14,899 nt of DNA. It comes from Octopus sinensis (taxonomy: Eukaryota). The translations under genes and the position numbers were made by a program. The stretch's first letter is position 1. Every line of letters begins with the position of its first letter. This document shows, in pieces, positions 8,049-14,899 of the stretch. The notes below the pieces were generated by a model. That model saw nothing but the letters and a program-made list of their open reading frames with translations. It searched no databases and was not told where the DNA came from. Location of the stretch: NCBI RefSeq assembly GCF_006345805.1, contig NW_021825663.1:1-14899 (forward strand), given 5' to 3'.

Positions 8049-8387
8049 CTCTTTTACTTGTTTCAGTCATTTGACTGCGGCCATGCCTGAGCACCGCCTT
8101 CAGTCGAGAAAATCGACCCCAGGTCTTATTCTTTGTAAGCCCAGTACTTATTCTATCGGTGTCTTTTGCCGAACCGCTAAGTTACGGGGACGTAAGCACA
8201 CCAGCATTGGTTGTCAAGCAATGCTGGGGGACAAACCCAGACAGACAAACATATACACACACATGCATATACACGGCAGGCTTCTTTCAGTTTCCGTCTA
8301 CCAAATCCACTAATAAGGCTTGCCAAAGGTGCCACGCAGTGGGACTGAACCCGGAACCATGTGGTTGATGAGCAAGCTACGTACAGC
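8049..8387 (-). mobile_element. SINE family A copy with an internal deletion and eroded 5' end
   Basis: Aligns to 3525-3939; lacks ~30 bp at the aaggct|tgccaaagg junction near 8320. Confidence 0.9.

Positions 8388-8441
<54 letters not shown>
8388..8441. repeat. (AAT)n microsatellite
   Basis: Seen directly. Confidence 0.97.
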
Positions 8442-8447
8442 CTTTTG

Positions 8448-8565
8448 TCTTTTTATTGCCCACGGGAGGCTAAAGACGGGACAGACAAACGGATTAAGTC
8501 GATTATATCGACCCCAGGGCGTAAATGGTACTTAATTTATCGACCCCGAAAGGATGAAAGGCAAA
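8448..8565 (-). mobile_element. SINE family B, 5'-truncated (tail type B2)
   Basis: tttattgcccacgggaggctaaa...taagtcgattatatcgacccc...gaaaggatgaaaggcaaa matches 7071-7200. Confidence 0.85.
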
Positions 8566-8602
8566 TAATGATAATAATGAGGATGATGATGATGAAGATG
8601 AT

Positions 8603-8690
8603 GGTTTCAAATTTTGGCACAAGGCCAGCAAAGTCGGGGAAGTGGGGTAAGTCGATTGCAACTGATACTTATTTTATCGACCCCGAAAGA
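8603..8690 (-). mobile_element. SINE family B 3' fragment (tail type B1)
   Basis: ggtttcaaattttggcacaaggccagcaa...taagtcgatt...ttatcgaccccgaaag; same tail as the copies at 696 and 915. Confidence 0.8.
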
Positions 8691-8882
8691 AGAAAAAGAA
8701 CAACAGCAACAACAACAAAAATAACCGATGCAGCATTGAAACACAAATCAAGAGATAAGCACGTATTTCGCAAAAAAAAAAAATAAGTTAAAAAAGAAAA
8801 AGCCAGGAAAAAAAGAAAAAAGAAAATAGCAATTAGGTACAAACCTTGAAGCAATTTATGTATACACGGACTTCTTAATAAT

Positions 8883-9085
8883 CCTTTTTACTAAAGGTAC
8901 AACGCCTTGAAATTTTGAGTCGATTATAATAATGACTCCAGTATTACATTGGTACTTAGTTTATCTTATCGACACCGCAAGGATGTAAGGCAAAGACGAT
9001 CTCGGCGGAATTAAACACAGAACGTGGCTTCAGGCGAAATACCTTCGCCCGGCTTGCTTAACGGTTCTGTGCCAACTCACTGCCT
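8883..9085 (-). mobile_element. SINE family B, diverged copy (tail type B3)
   Basis: ggtacttagttt...atcgacaccgcaaggatgtaaggcaaagacgatctcggcggaatt...gaaatac...gcccggc...aacggttctg. Confidence 0.8.
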
Positions 9086-9316
9086 TTGACTGACTTGATT
9101 GTTATGAACTGTCTCGTATTATTAAATAACAAAAAGAAAAAAAAAAGTATTGATAATTATATTACAATAAGCGCAGATCTGTTTTCATTCTCAACTCTCG
9201 CCTGTCACTGTGATTCTTAAGAAAGTTATATAATTTATATAACACTATTTCTCGTGTTTATATATATATATATATAATATATATATATAATATAATATAA
9301 ATATATATATATTTAT

Positions 9317-9354
9317 TTTAGTTTCAGCTCAGAGCTGCGGCCATGCTGATGCAC
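9317..9354 (-). mobile_element. Short 3'-terminal fragment of an element related to the family A tail
   Basis: gtttcagctcagagctgcggccatgctg versus family A gtttcagtcatttgactgcggccatgctg. Confidence 0.65.
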
Positions 9355-9652
9355 AGTATATATATATATTGGAGTGTGATTTTTGTTCTTGTTTTGTTAC
9401 GCTTATTGTCACAGTTTTATCCCGACATGCTTCTCCGGTTTGTTTGTTTGTTACTTTTTGTTGTTTTTATTTTTCTTCTATATTTTTTCTTTTTTGTTTT
9501 CTTTTTGTTTTTGCGTTCGTGTTATAACTTTAGCCATTGTTCTTTGCATAGCTGCTTATTATTTGTTGCAAGAGGTGATTAAATGTCAGATAATTTGGCT
9601 TCATTGTTAGCTTGTGCTATCCTTTAAATTCCTCTTCTTACCTATGCAAACG

Positions 9653-9699
9653 TATGTATGTATGTACATATATATATATATATAATATATATACATGCA

Positions 9700-9730
<31 letters not shown>
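9653..9730. repeat. (TATG)/(TA)/(TG) compound microsatellite
   Basis: Seen directly. Confidence 0.95.
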
Positions 9731-9919
9731 TTCTGCACGTGTCAGAGTGTAATAGTAATGGCGGCGTTAGTCGTGTTGGTATTGTTAATCTTTTACTTGC
9801 TGTCAACTTTGCTCTAAAAGAGCTGGGTCACTCTCATTCTATCGTTCTTTATTTATTGTCTGAACTATCAGCTTTGCCTGACCTATCTACTTGTTGAATT
9901 ATTACTATTGTTTTGTGCG

Positions 9920-9986
9920 TATATATAATATATATATATATATATATGAATATATATATATATGTGTGTTTGTGTGTGTGTACATG

Positions 9987-10054
<68 letters not shown>

Positions 10055-10083
10055 CATATATGTATATATATTATATATGCATA

Positions 10084-10123
<40 letters not shown>

Positions 10124-10309
10124 CACGTGACCAGACCATCAGATGTAGTTACACATCGCTGATCACAATGCGTTCGCATTGTTTTAGCCTTCGAATGACG
10201 CCACCACCGCTGTATGTATATATTATAATATATATATATATATATATTATATATATAAAGTGACAAAGATATATATATATATATATAATATATATATATA
10301 GATATATAT
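9920..10309. repeat. (TA)n-rich tract containing a SINE C fragment
   Basis: Seen directly. Confidence 0.93.
10122..10212 (-). mobile_element. SINE family C 3' fragment
   Basis: Reverse complement of ~3060-3153 (atcacgtgaccagaccatcagatgtagttacacatcgctg...ttttagccttcgaatgacgccacc). Confidence 0.9.
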
Positions 10310-10366
10310 CTTTGTCCCTTTAACTCACTAGCCCACCCCTACTCAAATCCCTTCCTCCGGCCTGTA

Positions 10367-10601
10367 CACCACACGCACTCACACGCGCGCGTCGTATGCG
10401 CGCGCACACACATACCGCAAATACAAATGCACACACACACGCACGCACACACACACACTGCGTGTGTGTGTATGTGCATACATATACATGCACATATATG
10501 TGGCCATATCATATGTGTTTATGTGTATGTGTGTACGCGTATGCGTGTGTGTGTGTGTGTGTCTGTGTCTGTATGTGTGTATGTAAATTTGTATATGTGT
10601 A
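10367..10601. repeat. Alternating purine-pyrimidine tract, (CA)n then (TG)n
   Basis: Seen directly. Confidence 0.9.
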
Positions 10602-10686
10602 TCATTCTTAAACCTATTCATTTATTTTTAATTTTCCAATCCAATTATAAAAAAAACACGTAAGTTTTCTTTTTTGAAGAATCACA

Positions 10687-11115
10687 TTTCCTTTCTTTCT
10701 TTTTCTTTCTTTCTTTCTTTCTTCCTTCCTTCTTTTCTTCTTCTTTCTTTTTCTTCACCTTCTTTCTTTGTCTTTCTTTGTTTCTTTCCTTCTTTCTTAC
10801 TTTTCTTTCTTCTTCTTTGCTTTCTTCCTTTCTACTTTACATTACTTTCTCCTTTACCTTCCTTAATTCCTTCCTCATATCCTCTCTTCCTTTCTTCTTT
10901 CTGTTCTTTCTTTTCTTTCTTTCTTTCCCTGTCTCTCTATCTTTCTTCCTTCTGTTCTCCTTCCTGCCTTCCTACTTTCTCTCCTTTCCAATTTTCTTCT
11001 GCCTCTTGTCTTCTTTCACTCGTTCCCCTTTTTTCTTTCGTCTCTCTTTTTCCCAATCTCTCTCTCTCTCACTATCTTTATTCCTTTCCTTTTCCAGCTC
11101 CCTCCGCTTCTTTCC
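10687..11115. repeat. Polypyrimidine (TTTC/CTT/TCCT) low-complexity tract
   Basis: About 430 bp that is overwhelmingly C/T on the + strand. Confidence 0.95.
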
Positions 11116-11118
11116 AAC

Positions 11119-11197
<79 letters not shown>

Positions 11198-11265
11198 GTC
11201 TGTCTGTCTGTCTGTCTGCCTGTCTGTCTATACTTCTATCTATCTATCTATCTAATCTATCTATA

Positions 11266-11297
<32 letters not shown>

Positions 11298-11321
11298 ATA
11301 TTTATCTATATGTCTTGTCTG

Positions 11322-11366
<45 letters not shown>

Positions 11367-11514
11367 TCTATCCGTCTGTGTGTCTGTCTGTCTGTCTGTT
11401 ATCTATCTATGATCTATCTATCTATCTATCTATCTATCTATATATATATATATCTATCTATCTATCTATCTATCTATCATCATCTATCTATCTATCTATC
11501 AATCTATCTATCTA

Positions 11515-11557
<43 letters not shown>

Positions 11558-11669
11558 TATACTATCTATCTTATCTGTCTGTGTGTCTGGTGTCTGTCTG
11601 TTTATCTATCTATCTATCTATCTTCTATCTATCTATCTATCTATCTATATATCTATCTATCTATCTATA

Positions 11670-11749
<80 letters not shown>

Positions 11750-11834
11750 GTGTCTGTCTGTCTGTCTGTCTTTCTATCTATCTGTCTGTCTATCTATCTG
11801 TTTGTGTTTCTATCTGTCTGTCTATCTATCTATG

Positions 11835-11878
<44 letters not shown>

Positions 11879-11892
11879 GATCTATCTATCTC
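11119..11892. repeat. (TCTA)n/(TCTG)n = GATA/GACA compound tetranucleotide array
   Basis: Seen directly; about 770 bp. Confidence 0.97.
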
Positions 11893-12462
11893 ACATTCAA
11901 CTTGTACACAACTGCCGTAAGGAAAGTTATGTAAACAGGGTTTCAGTAAAAATCAATATACACACATTCACACACACACGTACAAAAACATATTTATACG
12001 TAAATATATACGAATATTTACGTATATAAACGAATATATACGTATATACGTGCTCATGACTATACACACATACATAGTTGTGCGTGTGTGTGTGCGCGCG
12101 TGTCTATATATTTACGCATGTGTCGATGTATGTACGTATTTGCATATATATATATATGCTGGTGAGTATCCACAAAGACACACGTACATGTTTTCATGTA
12201 GTCGCACTTATTTATATGTTATTCACATCATATTCTTGCACACATTAAAAATACACTTCATCGATAATAAAAGAGCAGGCACGCACCTCCACCACCCGCA
12301 CGCAAACACACATACACACACAGACTCGCGCGCACACACACACACATACACACATATACAAAGAATAAGCAGGAGAGATAGAATACGCACGTATTCAAAC
12401 AAATGGCGCAATTGTGCAGAGTTTTCTGTTTCATATATTGTAAAGCAAACAAAAAAAATATT

Positions 12463-12630
12463 CGCAGGAATGGCTGTGTGGTAAGTTGTTTGCTTACCAA
12501 CAACATGGTTCCGTGTTCAATACCTCTGCGTGGCACCTTGGGCAAGTGTCTTCTACTATAGCCTCGGGCCGACCAAAGCCTCGTGAGACGATTTGTTAGA
12601 TAGAAACTGAAAGACAAGAAGCTGTTGTAT
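12463..12630 (+). mobile_element. SINE family A, 5' half
   Basis: cgcaggaatggctgtgtggtaag...gcaccttgggcaagtgtcttctactatagcc...gaaactgaaaga; ends at the internal microsatellite position. Confidence 0.9.
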
Positions 12631-12768
12631 ATATATTATTATATTATATTATATATGCGTATATATTTATATATAATATATTATATATAATATATGTATT
12701 ATATTATATCATATTATATTATATATGTGTATATATGTATATATAATATATATCATATATATATATAA
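12628..12768. repeat. Degenerate (TA)n-rich tract
   Basis: Seen directly. Confidence 0.9.
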
Positions 12769-12917
12769 GTAGGTGAACGAATATACTAGTATTGATAATT
12801 CGGTTAATCGATACCTGGGTAGCAAATTCACGTTAGAAAACACGGTTGTAGCTACATGCCAAGGGTAGAAACCCCGTGTTCTTGTGTGGTAATTTGTGTA
12901 TTTTTTAAAAAGAATAA

Positions 12918-13105
12918 ATGAAAGAATGGAGTCGAACGAAGATATTAACAAAATTCCTTTACTTTCAACATATGTTTCGAAAACTGCATATTCTTAAATC
13001 CGAAGGAATAAAGGGTGCATTATGCCGCGGATTTAAGAATATGCAGTCTTCGAAACATATGTCGAAAGTAAGGAATTTTGTTAAAATCTTCGTTCGACTC
13101 CATTC

Positions 13106-13111
<6 letters not shown>
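12918..13111. repeat. Foldback/hairpin element (MITE-like), ~85-bp arms
   Basis: 12918-13002 is nearly the exact reverse complement of 13028-13111 (about 3 mismatches and 1 indel). The 25-bp spacer is partly self-complementary. The right end abuts (TA)n. Confidence 0.92.
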
Positions 13112-13166
<55 letters not shown>

Positions 13167-13180
13167 TGAATATATGTATA
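13110..13180. repeat. (TA)n(TATG)n microsatellite
   Basis: Seen directly. Confidence 0.96.
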
Positions 13181-13360
13181 GGCCCAGGAGTGGATGTGTA
13201 GTAAGTAGCTTGTTTACCAACCGTGTTCAGTGTTCAGTTACCAGCCGTGTTCCGTTTTCAGTCCCACTGCGTGACACCTTGGGCAAGTGTCTTCTACTAT
13301 AGTTTCGGGTCGACCGAAATCTTGTGAGTGGATTTGGTAGACGGAAGCTGAAAGAAGCCC
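13181..13360 (+). mobile_element. SINE family A, 5' half with a 24-bp internal tandem duplication
   Basis: ggcccaggagtggatgtgtagtaagtagcttg...gacaccttgggcaagtgtcttc...ggatttggtagacggaagctgaaagaagccc. Confidence 0.9.
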
Positions 13361-13505
13361 CCCGGGCGAATTGCATAGCGATATTTCGTCTGCCACAACG
13401 TTGAGTTCAAATTCCGTTCAATGCCTTTTATCTTTTCGGCGTCGATAAATTAATTACCAGTGAAACACTGGAGTTGATGTAATCAACTAGTCCCCTTCCT
13501 CCAAC
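13361..13505 (+). mobile_element. SINE family B, diverged fragment fused directly to the family A half
   Basis: ccgggcgaattgcatagcgatatttcgtc...gagttcaaattccg...gccttttatcttttcggcgtcgataaattaattaccagt. Confidence 0.8.
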
Positions 13506-13710
13506 TTTCATGATTATCATCATCATGAAATCACTTGTCAAACAAGAACTCAGAATTTTTTTTATTTCTGTTGAATTGGTCAGATGTGCAGTTGTGTACT
13601 CGTGTCTTTTACAATCTTCAATGGATTACAGTAAACTGGACGAATGCTTTAAGCAGACCTACTTTCATAAAGTAATTTTTTTTCTATTTCCTGTCTCACC
13701 ACTTACTCCA

Positions 13711-13881
13711 TTACTTGTTTCAGTCATTTGACTGCGGCCATGCTGGAGCACCGCCTTTAGTCGAGCAAATCGACCCCAGGACTTATTCTTTGTAAGCCTA
13801 GTACTTAATCTATCGGTCTCTTTTGCCGAACCGCTAACACACCAGCATCGGTTGTCAAGCGATTTTGGGGGGACAAACACA

Positions 13882-13919
<38 letters not shown>

Positions 13920-14094
13920 ATATATACACATATACACGACAGGCTTCTTTCAGTTTCCGTCTACCAAATCCACTCACAAGGCTTTGGTCGGCCCGAGGCT
14001 ATAGTAGAAGACTCTTGCCCAAAGTGCCACGCAGAGGGACTGAACCCGGAACCATGTGGTTGGTAAGCAAGCTACTTACCACACAGCCACTCCT
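13711..14094 (-). mobile_element. SINE family A, near full length
   Basis: Aligns to 3525-3939; ~16-bp deletion at ccgctaa|cacacc and an expanded internal (CA)n. Confidence 0.92.
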
Positions 14095-14497
14095 TGAGGA
14101 AAGAAATATTTTCATTTGTCAAACAGACTGTTCTTGCTAACCAATACAAAATACTCCCTCCCTCAAAACTACAAAGCGAAATAAAGAAAAACAAAAAAAA
14201 ATCACGTAAAACAAAACAACACTGATATTTATACTTTTAAAAGTATACAGAAATTTATATTTACACAGGAAAACACGTCACTTAATAATACAAATAGGCG
14301 AAATTCGAAAAATTTTCCAAGTAAAAAAATTGTTTTACTGTGATGTTACCTGTTAGGGAAACATTCTATGAGCTGACAAATGTAGGAAAGACGAGAGTTG
14401 TACAGCGAAACGAATGTTTCTTTATCTAAGACTTTTATTCAAGAACAAGAGAAGAGGAGGTTAACTTCTCATCGAGAGAAGGTATTTTCAGTTGGAA

Positions 14498-14513
14498 GTG
14501 TGTGTGCGTGAGT

Positions 14514-14548
<35 letters not shown>

Positions 14549-14553
14549 TGAGT
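14498..14553. repeat. (GT)/(GAGT)/(GA)n compound microsatellite
   Basis: Seen directly. Confidence 0.93.
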
Positions 14554-14626
14554 GAAGGTTTGTGTTGTCATGTATATGTAAGTGGCACTCACTCTCTCCC
14601 TCACACACAGTCATGTATATATATAT

Positions 14627-14899
14627 CTTACTCTTTTACTTGTTTCAGTCATTTGACTGCGGCCATGTTGGAGCACCACCTTTAGTCGAGCAAATCGACC
14701 CCGGGACTTATTCTTTGTAAGCCCAGTGCTTATTCTATCGGACTCTTTTGCCGAACTGCTAAGTGACGGGGGCGTAAACTCACCAGCATCGGTTGTCAAG
14801 CAATGCTAGGGGGACAAACACAGACACACACATATATATATATATATATATACATATATACGACAGCCTTCTTTCAGTTTCTGTCTACCAAATCCACTC
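14627..14899 (-). mobile_element. SINE family A, cut by the window edge
   Basis: Aligns to 3536-3815. Confidence 0.92.

Noticed and set aside
696-9085. Repeated atcgacccc motifs suggesting a CRISPR-like or regulatory array
   Set aside because: Spacing is irregular and all copies lie inside SINEs; the context is eukaryotic with no cas genes.
10674-12029. Long ORFs of 117-380 aa (YLSI/SVCL/FLSF repeats)
   Set aside because: They are translations of stop-free polypyrimidine and TCTA/TCTG repeats, not proteins.
14354-14424. Hammerhead-like arrangement ctatga-gctgacaa...ttgtacagc-gaaac within a small hairpin
   Set aside because: The core lacks the G of CUGANGA and stem I does not form next to a cleavage triplet. 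A plain imperfect hairpin (gaaacattc/gaatgtttc) explains it.

Overview
AT-rich, microsatellite-dense eukaryotic DNA with no convincing host gene. The SINE families and repeat landscape suggest an octopus (cephalopod) genome; this is an inference. The window is a nested pile of mobile elements. It contains a full-length but degenerate Tc1/mariner element with DD36E spacing (4063-6430), interrupted at its last codons by a 5'-truncated RTE-like LINE carrying an 11-bp TSD and a twin-priming-type 5' inversion. It also holds a Chapaev3-like transposase relic missed by the ORF track, an R4/Dong-like LINE 3' end inside (AAT)n, about 17 copies or fragments of four tRNA-derived SINE families, three long foldback (hairpin) elements, and large simple-repeat blocks. 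Nearly all ORF-track entries are microsatellite or SINE artefacts.
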